From an uncultured bacterium (lineage in GTDB: Bacteria > Armatimonadota > HRBIN16), in NCBI GenBank assembly GCA_938027655.1, contig CALJAP010000021.1:15879-79878 (forward strand): DNA of 64,000 bases. Direction: 5' to 3'. Below the pieces are notes generated by a model. The model did no database searches. It saw only the letters and a list, made by a program, of their open reading frames with translations, and had not been told where the DNA came from. The translations under genes were made by a program, and so were the position numbers. This document shows, piece by piece, positions 49,243-59,600 of this stretch. The first letter of the stretch is position 1; each line of letters starts with the position of its first letter.

Positions 49243-51570
49243 CTAATCAGGTGGTGTTGCCCGCGTCGGTATCTGTAGCGGACGCCCCACGCTATCGGTG
49301 AAGCGTACCGTCAGATTCCAGAGGTTGCCGTGATTGACGACCTTGACCACCAGCAGGTGCCACCCTGCACCATTTCCGGGCACCGACACGCGGTCTTGGT
49401 CGGGCTGGAAGCCGCGAGGCACATCTGCTACCAGAATCGGCTTGCCGTCCAGCCACACCGCCGCGCCGTCGTTGCTGCCCAGCCGCAGGCTGATGACTGG
49501 GAGACCGGGCAGCTGTACCCAGCAGGCAGCGTACGCGCTCACCCAAGGGTCACTGCACAACAGGCTGCGCAGATCGAGTAAGCCGAAGGGGTGATTGACG
49601 CTTACTTGCCGCCAGCCCGCTTCCCCTGACAATGTGGAGAACTTCTGGGAAAGGTTAACTGCATCTACCGGAATGTCCGCGTTGCTCAGCTCGCCCGGGT
49701 TGCAGCGGAACGGTCCTATCACCTGCCACTCGGTGATGAAGCCCAGCTTGTGGGCGAACGCCGCGCCTTCCTTTTGCGCCTCGCGCCACGCCTGTCCGCG
49801 CGCCTCGGTGGTAGTGTAGCCTGCGCTTGTCAGCAGTTCCACGTATGCCTGCGCCTCGCTACCGCGCTCTTGCGACTCGTGCCGTGCCAGCCACATATCG
49901 ATGATGTCATGCTGACCGCTGTTTTGCAGCTCCTGCACCATCTGCGCGAACTGCAGGTCCGCCTCCCAGGCGCGCATGATGTCGCCAGCGCGTCGGGCGG
50001 TTGCCGCCTGCCACTGGAGGGTGTAAACGCGGTGCCCGATTTGCAGCTTGCGTACCCGCTGTTTCACCGCCTCCGAACGCGCTTTGCTGAACGCCTCCTC
50101 CAGCAACTGGCGCCCCTGTTCCATTGCTTCCGAGGAGGGATACACCCACCAGTCCTCGTGGTTCTTCGCCTTCAGGGGCATACTCGCCATCAGGTTCTCA
50201 TACAGGGTGAAGTATCGGTACACCGGCTCGGCGGATTCGGCGAACAGATGCTGGCAAAACTCACGGATTAGCGCGTCGGTATCGGTTTGCGGATTCCACA
50301 CCAGCTTCACCGCCGCGAAGATATTCAGGGGCTGCGTCCACCAGTCATCATGTGTCTCACTGTTCAGGTGCTCGATGCCCACCTTCGCATAGAAGGGGAT
50401 GTCTACCTTCAGCGTATGCACCAGCGGCCATTGCCCGAACCACTGCCAGTGCCCGTAGTAGTCGTAGATGCCCACATGGGGACACAGCTCGCGCCAGCGC
50501 AGTACCGCTTGACGAAACCGTCTGCACGGGGCGCAGTCAGCGGTGATGGGATGGGCGTGACAGAACTCCCACGGCGTGTGACATATCACCGGCATCAGAT
50601 TGGGGTGAGGCTTTACCTTCAGGGGTGGGTCGGTGTGCGTGAGGTAGGCGTAAAAGCAGAGTATCTTATCCGGGTAGCGCTTCGCTACCTCTTCCGCAAT
50701 CTGGTTGAAAAACACCAGCAGGCGGTCGGTGAACTGTCCTCCGGGCGCGAAGGGGTCTACACCCAGCTCTCGGTCCAATGCACGGCAACGTTCGCACTGG
50801 CAAAACTTGCCGGAGTCGTTGGGTGACAGAGAGAAGGTTTTCGCCTGCGGGTTTTTCTCAAAGTAGTCCAGCACCCTCTGGATAGCGAGACGGATGACCT
50901 CGGGATGGGTGGTACACAGCTGCCACTTCCGTTGCCCGTCGATGAGCGCGAACCATTCGGGATGTCGGTCCACCTCCTTCAGGGAGATAATGCCTTCCCA
51001 GTTGTGGCTGTGCCAGTAGGGTTGAAACCCTGCCAGGCGGTTGCGCCGTCTCCACTCTGCGCCTCTAGGCGGGTCTGCCTGATAGCCGCCGAAGCCGGTG
51101 ACGCTAGGGATGGCAGGCTCGCGCGTTTCATCCAGCGCAGGTATCGTGACGGTTTTCTGCCGGGGTACATACTCGCCCAAATCGCCCGGGATGTACCAGC
51201 GTACACCCAGATGGTCCTCCAGTAAACCGTAAATGCCGTTGACCACGCCCGCTTCGGTCGCCCCCTCAATGAAGAGGCGGTTGCCCTCTGTGCGCAGGCG
51301 GTACCCCACATCCGACAATCCCCGCATGCCGGCACGCAGCACGATAGCGGCACGGTTCGCAGGCGGTTCCGAGACCACAGGCAGACGCGCCCCGGACATC
51401 TTCTCGATGTAAACCTGCAGGTCGTTTACCGCTGCAGAGAGGTCGCCGCGAGCTTCGGGGGGTGCCACGATTACCGCTTGTGGATTGCCGTTGCGCACCA
51501 GGGTAACCCGCGCAGCCGCGTTCACGGGAGCCATAGCGAGCAACAAACCGATGAAGCAACAAGCGATCAC
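49243..51570 (-). CDS. Secreted DUF4838-like putative glycoside hydrolase
   Basis: Signal peptide MIACCFIGLLLAMAPVNAAA. The N-terminal region resembles DUF4838/GH-like proteins. 775 aa. Confidence 0.4.
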   Translation of the reverse strand: MIACCFIGLLLAMAPVNAAARVTLVRNGNPQAVIVAPPEARGDLSAAVNDLQVYIEKMSGARLPVVSEPPANRAAIVLRAGMRGLSDVGYRLRTEGNRLFIEGATEAGVVNGIYGLLEDHLGVRWYIPGDLGEYVPRQKTVTIPALDETREPAIPSVTGFGGYQADPPRGAEWRRRNRLAGFQPYWHSHNWEGIISLKEVDRHPEWFALIDGQRKWQLCTTHPEVIRLAIQRVLDYFEKNPQAKTFSLSPNDSGKFCQCERCRALDRELGVDPFAPGGQFTDRLLVFFNQIAEEVAKRYPDKILCFYAYLTHTDPPLKVKPHPNLMPVICHTPWEFCHAHPITADCAPCRRFRQAVLRWRELCPHVGIYDYYGHWQWFGQWPLVHTLKVDIPFYAKVGIEHLNSETHDDWWTQPLNIFAAVKLVWNPQTDTDALIREFCQHLFAESAEPVYRYFTLYENLMASMPLKAKNHEDWWVYPSSEAMEQGRQLLEEAFSKARSEAVKQRVRKLQIGHRVYTLQWQAATARRAGDIMRAWEADLQFAQMVQELQNSGQHDIIDMWLARHESQERGSEAQAYVELLTSAGYTTTEARGQAWREAQKEGAAFAHKLGFITEWQVIGPFRCNPGELSNADIPVDAVNLSQKFSTLSGEAGWRQVSVNHPFGLLDLRSLLCSDPWVSAYAACWVQLPGLPVISLRLGSNDGAAVWLDGKPILVADVPRGFQPDQDRVSVPGNGAGWHLLVVKVVNHGNLWNLTVRFTDSVGRPLQIPTRATPPD

Positions 51571-51640
51571 GATGATAACCTCCGATTGCGTTTCAGTTAG
51601 AGGTTCTCACTGCGCAGGCGTTTTCCTGCAGAGTATAATG

Positions 51641-52798
51641 TTATTCAGGCCCCGCAGGAATTGCCTGCCCCTGTGCGCTATCCCAACCATGCAGGTTGCC
51701 GTCCAGCGCGCACAGCACGTTCGAATGCTGTGCCTCCAGTTTTGCTTCCTCGGTGATGTCGTGTCCACCCACTGCTGCCATGCAGGGATAGCCCGCCTTG
51801 CGCATCAGCTCGGCACGACGACGCGCCCGGGCAACATCGCTTACATCGACCACCATCGAAACTTCCATCACCAGATAAATATCCCTGTCCGGTGCGTCTA
51901 GTGGGCGTCCGCGCGCGATGATGTCCGCCGAGAAGATGTCCACTATTTCATCGCCAGCGAGCGCTTGCCTGACCTGCTCCTCGATGTCCGGCGGTGACAA
52001 CAGCCGTACGCGGCGCATTACCTTGCCCAAGTAGGCGTGGATGTGCTTGGCGTAGTGCATCTCCAGACGCCAGCCGCGCAGGTCGTCGATGTGCACATCG
52101 CGCACCTTCTGCCATTCCACCAGCCTGTCTATCTTCTCTGCCAGTAGCGCTATCTGCATATCGATGCGGTCTAGCCTGCTGTTAGTTGCCTCACGATAGG
52201 AGGAGAACTCCTCCACCACACGGTTGTGGCTTTCGGTCAACGCCTGTAATGCCGCCTCAATGCGTGCGAAACGCTCCTCTGATGCCTGGCGATACGCGGC
52301 AAACTCCTGTGCCAGATGCTCCAGCGCCGCCTCAATGCGTGCGAAACGCTCCTCCGATGCCTGGCGATAGGCAGCGAACTCCTGAGCCTGACGCTCCAGC
52401 GCCGCCTCGATTCGTGCGAAACGCTCCTCCGACATCTGGCGGTAAGACACGAACTCCTGAGCCTGACGCTCCAGCGCCGCCTCAATGCGTGCGAAACGCT
52501 CCTCCGATGCCTGACGATACGCGGCAAACTCCTGTGCCAGATGCTCCAGCGCCGCCTCAATGCGTGCGAAACGCTCTTCCGACATCTGGCGGTAAGACAC
52601 AAATTCCTGTGCCTGACGCTCCAGAAGGGACTCGATCCGCGCGAATCGCTCGGCGGATTGCTCGGCTAATCGCTCCACCTTTGCAGGCAGGGCGAGGAAC
52701 TCGTCCGGCGCGAGGGCGACAAACACCTTTCGGCGCAGCTCCGCATTGCTACGCAGAAGCTCTATCAGTTCTTCTACATCGGGAGTGTCGATAGGCAT
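51641..52798 (-). CDS. Coiled-coil protein built from 25-aa (75-bp) tandem repeats, with a C-terminal domain possibly of restriction-endonuclease-like fold
   Basis: EERFARIEAAL(E/H)(R/L)(Q/A)AQEF(V/A)(S/A)YRQ(M/A)S repeated about 5.5 times at near identity. The C-terminal 150 aa contain D...DIYLVMEVS...D in a PD-(D/E)XK-like arrangement. Confidence 0.5.
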   Translation of the reverse strand: MPIDTPDVEELIELLRSNAELRRKVFVALAPDEFLALPAKVERLAEQSAERFARIESLLERQAQEFVSYRQMSEERFARIEAALEHLAQEFAAYRQASEERFARIEAALERQAQEFVSYRQMSEERFARIEAALERQAQEFAAYRQASEERFARIEAALEHLAQEFAAYRQASEERFARIEAALQALTESHNRVVEEFSSYREATNSRLDRIDMQIALLAEKIDRLVEWQKVRDVHIDDLRGWRLEMHYAKHIHAYLGKVMRRVRLLSPPDIEEQVRQALAGDEIVDIFSADIIARGRPLDAPDRDIYLVMEVSMVVDVSDVARARRRAELMRKAGYPCMAAVGGHDITEEAKLEAQHSNVLCALDGNLHGWDSAQGQAIPAGPE

Positions 52799-52858
52799 TG
52801 TGTCACTCCTGTTGGTATTGCCATCCGTATTTTACCACATCGCGGGAGAATCAGCCTC

Positions 52859-53476
52859 TTACCTGCCCGCTATCGCTGCCTGCCAGGGTTCGCGGTGCGC
52901 GGCTTCGTACGCGGCAATCTTGTCCTCGTGCTGGAGGGTCAAGCCGATGTCGTCCAGCCCTTCCAGCAGGCACTTCTTGCGGAAGGGGTCTATCTCAAAC
53001 CGGCAGGTGAAGCCGTCGCTGCCTGTCAGTGTTTGCGCCTCCAGGTCTACCTCTATCTGGTAGCCTTGCTGTGCGGTCACCCGGCGAAACAGGTCGTCCA
53101 CCACCTCCGCCGGCAGTTCCACAGGCAGGATGCCGTTCTTGAAGCAGTTGCTTTTGAAGATGTCGGCGAAGGAAGGGGCGATAATCACCCGAAAGCCGTA
53201 GTCCAGCAGCGCCCAGGGCGCGTGCTCGCGGCTGGAGCCGCAGCCGAAGTTCTCGCGGGTGAGCAAAATCTGCGCCCCCTGATAGCGCGACTGATTCAGC
53301 ACGAAATCCGGATTGGGCGAGCCATCTGGCAGAAACCGCCAGTCGTAAAAGAGGAACTGTCCAAAGCCGGTGCGCTCCACCCGTTTCAGGAACTGCTTGG
53401 GCACAATCTGGTCAGTGTCCACGTTCGGCTGGTCCAGCGGAGCCACCAGCGCGTTTATTTTCTCAAAAGGTTTCAT
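52859..53476 (-). CDS. leuD: 3-isopropylmalate dehydratase small subunit
   Basis: [33 protein letters not shown]... Confidence 0.92.
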   Translation of the reverse strand: MKPFEKINALVAPLDQPNVDTDQIVPKQFLKRVERTGFGQFLFYDWRFLPDGSPNPDFVLNQSRYQGAQILLTRENFGCGSSREHAPWALLDYGFRVIIAPSFADIFKSNCFKNGILPVELPAEVVDDLFRRVTAQQGYQIEVDLEAQTLTGSDGFTCRFEIDPFRKKCLLEGLDDIGLTLQHEDKIAAYEAAHREPWQAAIAGR

Positions 53477-54903
53477 CGGCGTAGTAACTCCTCGGCGACT
53501 TTGCCCTCACGATACCACTCGCGGATGTCCACAAAATGCCCGGCGATGGCTGCAGCAGCTGCCATTTGGGGGCTCACTAGGTGCGTGCGTCCACCGCGCC
53601 CTTGCCTGCCTTCGAAGTTGCGGTTGCTGGTCGACGCAGAGCGTTCGCCGGGCTGTAGAATATCAGCATTCATGCCCAGACACATGCTACAGCCCGAATC
53701 GCGCCACTCGAAGCCCGCTTCGATGAAGATGTGATGCAACCCCTCTTCCTCCGCCATCTTCTTGACGCGCTGTGAGCCGGGAACCACCATCGCCCGCACG
53801 TGCGGAGCTACCTTCTTGCCCTTGGCCACCGCCGCTGCCGCCCGCAGGTCGCTGAGCCGACCGTTGGTGCACGAGCCGATAAACACCCGGTCTACCCGTA
53901 TCTCCTGAATAGGCGTGCCGGGCTTTAGCCCCATGTACTGCAGGGCGCGTTCTGCCGCCTTTGCCTTCGTCTCATCGGTGAAGGAGGCGGGGTCTGGCAC
54001 GCAGTCGGTCACGCTTACTACCTGCTCAGGGCTGGTGCCCCAGGTGACCTGTGGTGCAAACTCTGCAACGTCAAACTGCACCTCACGGTCGAACCGCGCA
54101 TCGGGGTCAGACGGTAGGGTTTGCCAGTAGGCAACTGCTCGCTCGAACTGCTTGCCCTGCGGGGCGAAGCGTCTGCCTTCCAGATAGGCGAAGGTGGTCT
54201 CGTCTGGGGCAATCATGCCAGCACGTGCACCCGCTTCGATGGACATGTTGCATATCGTCAAGCGCTCCTCCATGCTCAGCGAACGAATAGCCTCGCCCAT
54301 ATACTCAATCACGCAGCCGGTTCCTCCCCCCGCGCCGATGCGCCCGATGATACTCAAGATGATGTCCTTGGCGGTAACGCCCAGCGGAAGCGTTCCCTCT
54401 AGCCGAATCGCCATCGTGCGGGGCTTTGTCTGCAGCAGGGTCTGAGTTGCCAGCACATGTTCCACTTCCGACGTACCGATGCCAAATGCCAGCGCACCAA
54501 ATGCGCCATGCGTAGAGGTGTGGCTATCCCCGCACACAATGGTCAGCCCCGGCAGGGTAATGCCCAGATGGGGTCCGATAACGTGCACAATACCGTTGTC
54601 TTCGCTGTCGAGGTCGAACAGCGTAATGCCGAACTCTTCGCAGTTGCGACGTAACACCTCAATCTGCCTGCGGGAGATAGGGTCGGTAATGTTCCAGCGG
54701 TTATCCGTAGGCACGTTGTGGTCCATCGTGGCGAAGGTCAGGTCGGGACGACGCACCTTGCGTCCTGCTTCGCGCAAGCCATCAAACGCCTGTGGCGAGG
54801 TGACCTCATGCACCAGGTGGCGGTCGATGTATAGTAAAGTCGGTCGTCCTGGCTCCTCATGGACGACGTGCGCGTTCCAGATTTTCTCAAACAGGGTGGG
54901 CAT
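53473..54903 (-). CDS. leuC: 3-isopropylmalate dehydratase large subunit
   Basis: Aconitase-family Cys ligands (...GSCTNGR...) and overlap with leuD. Confidence 0.92.
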   Translation of the reverse strand: MPTLFEKIWNAHVVHEEPGRPTLLYIDRHLVHEVTSPQAFDGLREAGRKVRRPDLTFATMDHNVPTDNRWNITDPISRRQIEVLRRNCEEFGITLFDLDSEDNGIVHVIGPHLGITLPGLTIVCGDSHTSTHGAFGALAFGIGTSEVEHVLATQTLLQTKPRTMAIRLEGTLPLGVTAKDIILSIIGRIGAGGGTGCVIEYMGEAIRSLSMEERLTICNMSIEAGARAGMIAPDETTFAYLEGRRFAPQGKQFERAVAYWQTLPSDPDARFDREVQFDVAEFAPQVTWGTSPEQVVSVTDCVPDPASFTDETKAKAAERALQYMGLKPGTPIQEIRVDRVFIGSCTNGRLSDLRAAAAVAKGKKVAPHVRAMVVPGSQRVKKMAEEEGLHHIFIEAGFEWRDSGCSMCLGMNADILQPGERSASTSNRNFEGRQGRGGRTHLVSPQMAAAAAIAGHFVDIREWYREGKVAEELLRR

Positions 54904-54932
54904 AGAGCAGCATCCTCCTTTGGGTTTTTATT

Positions 54933-54941
54933 ATACCACGT
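54933..54941 (-). promoter_or_regulatory. Extended -10 promoter (TGgTATAAT) for leuCD
   Basis: Minus-strand ACGTGGTATAAT lies about 30 nt upstream of the leuC ATG, followed by RBS GGAGGA. Confidence 0.5.
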
Positions 54942-55030
54942 GCAGCACGCGGCGCAGTACCCTTGCAAGTTTGCCGGTTCCCCTGCACCTTTTTCACAAA
55001 AAATTCTGGAGCAAATACGCTTCACCGTAT

Positions 55031-55059
55031 TGACTCTTTTGGAAGGCTCGCGTATACTA
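55031..55059 (+). promoter_or_regulatory. Sigma70 promoter TTGACT-17-TATACT
   Basis: Near-consensus hexamers with a 17-nt spacer, about 110 nt upstream of the 55174 gene. The leader contains the hairpin GACAGC-cgtatgc-GCTGTC. Confidence 0.65.
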
Positions 55060-55173
55060 AAAGTACTTAATCGTTTCATGACAGCCGTATGCGCTGTCTC
55101 TCTATAGCGGCTTGCTCCGAGAGTCAGGGCGGCACATTGACAACGCTACTCGATTCAAAGAAGGAGGTCTCCC

Positions 55174-55944
55174 ATGAAACACGGAAGGGCTTTTACCCTT
55201 ATCGAGCTGCTTGTTGTCATCGCGATTATCGCGATACTGGCAGCGATCCTGTTCCCGGTGTTCTCGCAGGCGCGCGAGAAGGCAAGGCAGACGCGGTGTC
55301 TGTCGAACTGCAAGCAGATCGGGCTGGCGACCATGATGTACATTCAGGACTACGACGAAGTGATGCCGCCCGGGTACGACTACCGGCAGGGAGGCGACAC
55401 TACGGTCTGGTACATGTAACTGCTCTGGCCCTACATCAAGGACGGGCAGGTATGGACGGGTGCGGGCATTCGGGGGTGCCCGTCGGCAACATGGCCGTCG
55501 GCATGGGCGTATGCCTATAACGACGTGCTGAACTACAAATCGCAGGCGGCGATGCCCCGTCCTGCGGAGACCATCTTGCAAGGCGATACCGGACAGGTAC
55601 CCGAATGGGGTGGTTACTGCTCCTCCACCTTCTGGAACTGGTGGACTCCGGAGGTATGGCAAGACCCCGTCACCGGTTCGGTTCCGCCCCCGAACTACTG
55701 GGACGATAACCAGGTGAACCCGCTGTCGGTGCTGCTGTGGAAACTCCCTGACGGCACCAACATCGACGATGATGCGCCCAACCCCATCCAGATTTGGAGC
55801 GCGGTTGGCAAGGTGGGTAACCTGCGTTACCGCCACAACGAGGGCGCAAACATCACCTTCGCCGACGGTCACGCCAAGTGGTTCAAGCGCGGCGGAACGG
55901 TGAAGCTGTACCACTTCCGGTTTGCCCTGCAGAACCGGCTGTAG
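55174..55944 (+). pseudogene. H-X9-DG (DUF1559) prepilin-like protein gene interrupted by a single in-frame TAA at 55417-55419
   Basis: ORFs 55174-55419 and 55525-55944 are in the same frame with only one stop between them. The read-through product [63 protein letters not shown]...WYM*LLWPYIKDGQVW...CPS...HNEGANITFADGHAKWFKRGG is a complete family member. Confidence 0.7.
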
Positions 55945-56029
55945 TATTGGACACGGCTGTCATGAAGAGGGGGAGCCTGGACGGCTCCCCCTTACTGTTC
56001 CCCCCGGCGCTGTGTCCCGAACGGGATGT

Positions 56030-56347
56030 TCACCTGTTTTCCCGCGCTGCGCCCGAAAGGCTCTGCGCGTCTATTTTTCCTTTCAGTTTGCCATCTGCGC
56101 CGTAAAAGGCGACGCTTTCGGTGCCTATTGTCGCGCGAAGGCGTCCCTGTGCATCGTACAGCACCAGCAGGGTATCCTCGCCGGAGGTTTTCAGCTCGGC
56201 GCGGATTCTGCCCTCCCCGTCTACCAGCTCAATTCGCTGCGTGCGGGTGACGGCAGCAGTCGGTACTCTAGATTGCGCCCACAGAGTGCCTATTGCCAGC
56301 AGAAATGCTGCGGCAAGCAGCGGCATCGCCAGTCCTCTGGTTCTCAT
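56030..56347 (-). CDS. Small secreted hypothetical protein (105 aa)
   Basis: Signal peptide MRTRGLAMPLLAAAFLLAIGTLWAQS. No recognisable domain. Confidence 0.35.
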   Translation of the reverse strand: MRTRGLAMPLLAAAFLLAIGTLWAQSRVPTAAVTRTQRIELVDGEGRIRAELKTSGEDTLLVLYDAQGRLRATIGTESVAFYGADGKLKGKIDAQSLSGAARENR

Positions 56348-56374
56348 CCTCTCGCCTCCTTCGTCCTGTTTGCT

Positions 56375-56565
56375 TCAACATAGCATATTTGGATTACCGG
56401 AGACAAGCTGTCCGCTCTGCAACATGCTCGCCCTTGTCTTTTTTGTCATACTGAGCACAGCGAAGGCGGCTGAGATTCTTCACCGGCACTTAGAATGACA
56501 GTTTTCATGATGGTGAAGACGTAAAACCGCCTCGTCTGCATCCAAATAATCGCGTGTGGTCAAGT
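56375..56565. repeat. Dispersed intergenic repeat, copy C (core block inverted relative to copy A)
   Basis: ATGGTGAAGACGTAAAACCGCCTCGTCTGCATCCAAATAATCGCGTGTGG matches the 3' end of copy A at about 90 %. CTTAGAATGACAG and GAGATTCTTC are reverse complements of copy A blocks. Confidence 0.55.
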
Positions 56566-56669
56566 AGGGTTTACTTTCTGGTATGCAACTTCGAGGCAAG
56601 GGCAGGACACTGTGCCCTCAATGCCCAACTCGATAGCAGCATGAACGCTACGACGAAAGGGGAACAGCA

Positions 56670-59600
56670 ATGGCGCAGCGTACCTGCACCTACGTGGTGC
56701 CCGGCTTCCATTCGGATGTGGTGTGGTTGGAGGACCAGCGCGATTATGCGGTGAGCCTGCTGGGAGATATGCACCAGAACCTGCAGATTCTTCGCATCGA
56801 CCCGCGCTACGGCGTCTTCCTGCACGAACTGACCTACCTCAAACCCTACCTGGACACGCATCCCGAAGCGTTACCCGAAGTACGCCGCTGGGTTCAGGAA
56901 GGGCGTATCGGCACGGGTGGCTCGCACAGCCAACCGACCGAAACGGTCATCGGCGGCGAGGGCATCGTGCGTAATATCCTGTACGGACGCTGGTACCACG
57001 AGGGCGTGCTGGGTGACCAGCCATGGATATATATGCCCTGGGACGTATTCGGACACACTGCGCAGCTGGGGCAGATTCTGCGCAAGTCGCGCTTCAGAGG
57101 CTGTATCTGGAGCAAAGATATCCGCGGCGCGCTGGCGGTGTTCTGGCACCTCGCGCTGGACGGCGAGCCTCTGTTGTTCAAACGCATGGGCTACTGGTTG
57201 CCCAGCGGTGACCCCGAAACCTTCCTGAAGGCAATAGACGATTTCTTCCAGGAGATGCGTTCGCTGGGCTTCACCGCCGACTGTCGGCTGGACTGTGTGG
57301 ATTTTAAACCTCCCACCGCGTGGATGGCTGGACGCTGCGAGGAGCTGGCAGGACGCGAACACGCGGTTATCATCAGCGGTATCGGGCATGAGCAGTGGTT
57401 CGAGCACGCATTCCGCCAGCACGAGGAGCGCACCGTTTCCATCCCCGTCACTTCCCGCGACTATGAGTGGCATCATCAGGGTACGGGGCTGTCGCGCATC
57501 GAGCTCAAAATCGGCAACCGGCTGGCGGAGCAGAACCTGCATCAGGCGGAGTTCTTCGCCACCGTTGCCCACCTGCTGGGCGCGGAATACCCGGATAAAG
57601 CTCTGGACAAGGCGTGGCGCCAGCTGCTGTTCAACCAGCACCACGACGGCATCGCCGGACCATCTTGCGACCGCGCTTACTTAGACATGATGGCGGGGTT
57701 CCGCGAAGCGCTGGAACTGGCACACGACGTGCGTTCCCGTAGCCTGCGCTACATCTGCGACCAGACCGACACCGCCTATACCGCTCCACCGCCTACCGTC
57801 ATCGCCCTGCAGGTGCATAATGCACTGGGGTGGAGCCGAACCGATGCGGTGCACGTCACCCTGCGCTTCCCCAAACCGGTCAGCGGTTTTCGCATCGAGG
57901 ACTCGGAAGGCAACGCGGTGCCATGCCAGCTGGAATCACCCGTCCCGCCGCGCCTACCCCTGCACGAGGCGGAGGTCACCCTGCTGGCACGAGATATTCC
58001 GGCGATGGGTTTCCGCACCTACCGCGTGGTAGAGACCGACAGCCTGCCTCCTGCGCCCCGGCTGATACCCGGATACGCTATCGAGAACGAGTTCTTCCGC
58101 GTGACGGCAGACCCGCAGCTTGGCGGCGGGCTGAGCAGCCTCTTCGACAAGCAGGCAGGGCGTGAGGTGCTGAACCCGCAAGCCGGACCGGGCAACGAAA
58201 TCGTCGCTCTGCTGGAGAAGGCAGACCGCGCGGAGCCAGCATGGGAGTGTTATACGCTGGGACCGAAGTGGTTCTCGCGCGACTACGCGGCAAACGTGCA
58301 GGCGTGGCAGGGACCGGTGCAGTCGAGGCTGGTGATTCGCGGCGAGATGCGCTCCTGTGAGCGAGAGCAGGTGGTGAGCCTGACGCAGGGCGTGCGCCGC
58401 ATCGACTTCGCCACCCAGCTGCAACGCTACCGCGGCGAAAACGAGCTGTTCGTGGTCACCTTTCCGGTGAACGTGCAAAACGCGGAACCAGTGTTCGAAG
58501 AACGCTTCGGAGCCATCACCAAGCGCAAGAGCAAGGGCAAGCTGGACTTCCGCTTCCACCAGTGGCGTAACTTCTCGGAGTGTGGGGCAAGGCACGCCTG
58601 CCAGTGGGTAGACCTGTCGGGCGCGGCGTGGGTGCGCTTTGCAGACGGTCAACAGCGACCCTTCGGCATGTGCCACCTGGTCACCTCGCACCACCCTGCC
58701 AGTGTGCAGGCGGCGTATACTCTGCAGCGTGCGCTGATTCGCAAAGGCGTGCCCTGTACTCCCGTTTACGATGACTTCGACGCCCCGCGTCGCCTGCAGC
58801 TGCCTGTGGAAGACACCATCCTGCCCTTCCCGAATAACCCCAACGAAGACCTGTCGCTGGGTATGTCCTTCCGCGTGGTGTTCAGCCTGAACGGGGATAA
58901 CACCTATCTCTCCGACCTGATGGCACACCTCCCCGAAACGCAGGCGACCCGCTTGCAGGCTCTCCTCAGCGAGCAGCAGGGCATCGCGCTGGTGGACGAC
59001 CCCGATATGCCCGACGGCTGGCAGCCTCTGCCCGTGCTGGTCATTGCCGCGAAAGACGAGGCCACATTGCAGCAGATGGTGCAACAGCTGTCTGAGCAGA
59101 TAGAGCAGTCCGCCGCCATCGTTCTGCCCGCCGAGGCAAACCTGCTACAACGTCCCATCCCTGCCGACAGCTACGGCGTCGCACTGGTAAACACGGGCAA
59201 CGTGCTCAACTCGGTGGAGAACGACAACACCATGGTACTGTTCCTCATGCACACCGCCGCGTGGGGAGGCACACCGTGGGGCAAGCCGGACAGACTGCCC
59301 TTCGTCTTCATCCCCGAACACAAGACGCATCTTTTCCGCTACAGCCTCTATCCGCACCGCGGCGACTGGAGAGAGGCGCAAACCGCCCGCGTGGGTTGGG
59401 AGGTGAACAACCCGCTGCAGACCGTACAGGGGATGCTGCACGGCGGTGCGTTACCGCTGGACTACTCCTTCCTGCAAGTGGAGGCAAAAGGGGCTATCCT
59501 CACCGCACTCAAGCCCGCAGACAACCCAACGGGGCGGTTTGAATCAGGGGCGGTGGATGCCGAGAGGGGGAGCATCGTCGTACGTCTTTATGACCCCACC

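Noticed and set aside
52186-52794. 202-aa plus-strand ORF with PE/PA-rich repeats
   Set aside because: Mirror image of the tandem coding repeats of the minus-strand coiled-coil gene.
57954-59084. 376-aa ORF antisense within the GH38 mannosidase gene
   Set aside because: Antisense shadow; no RBS or homology support.
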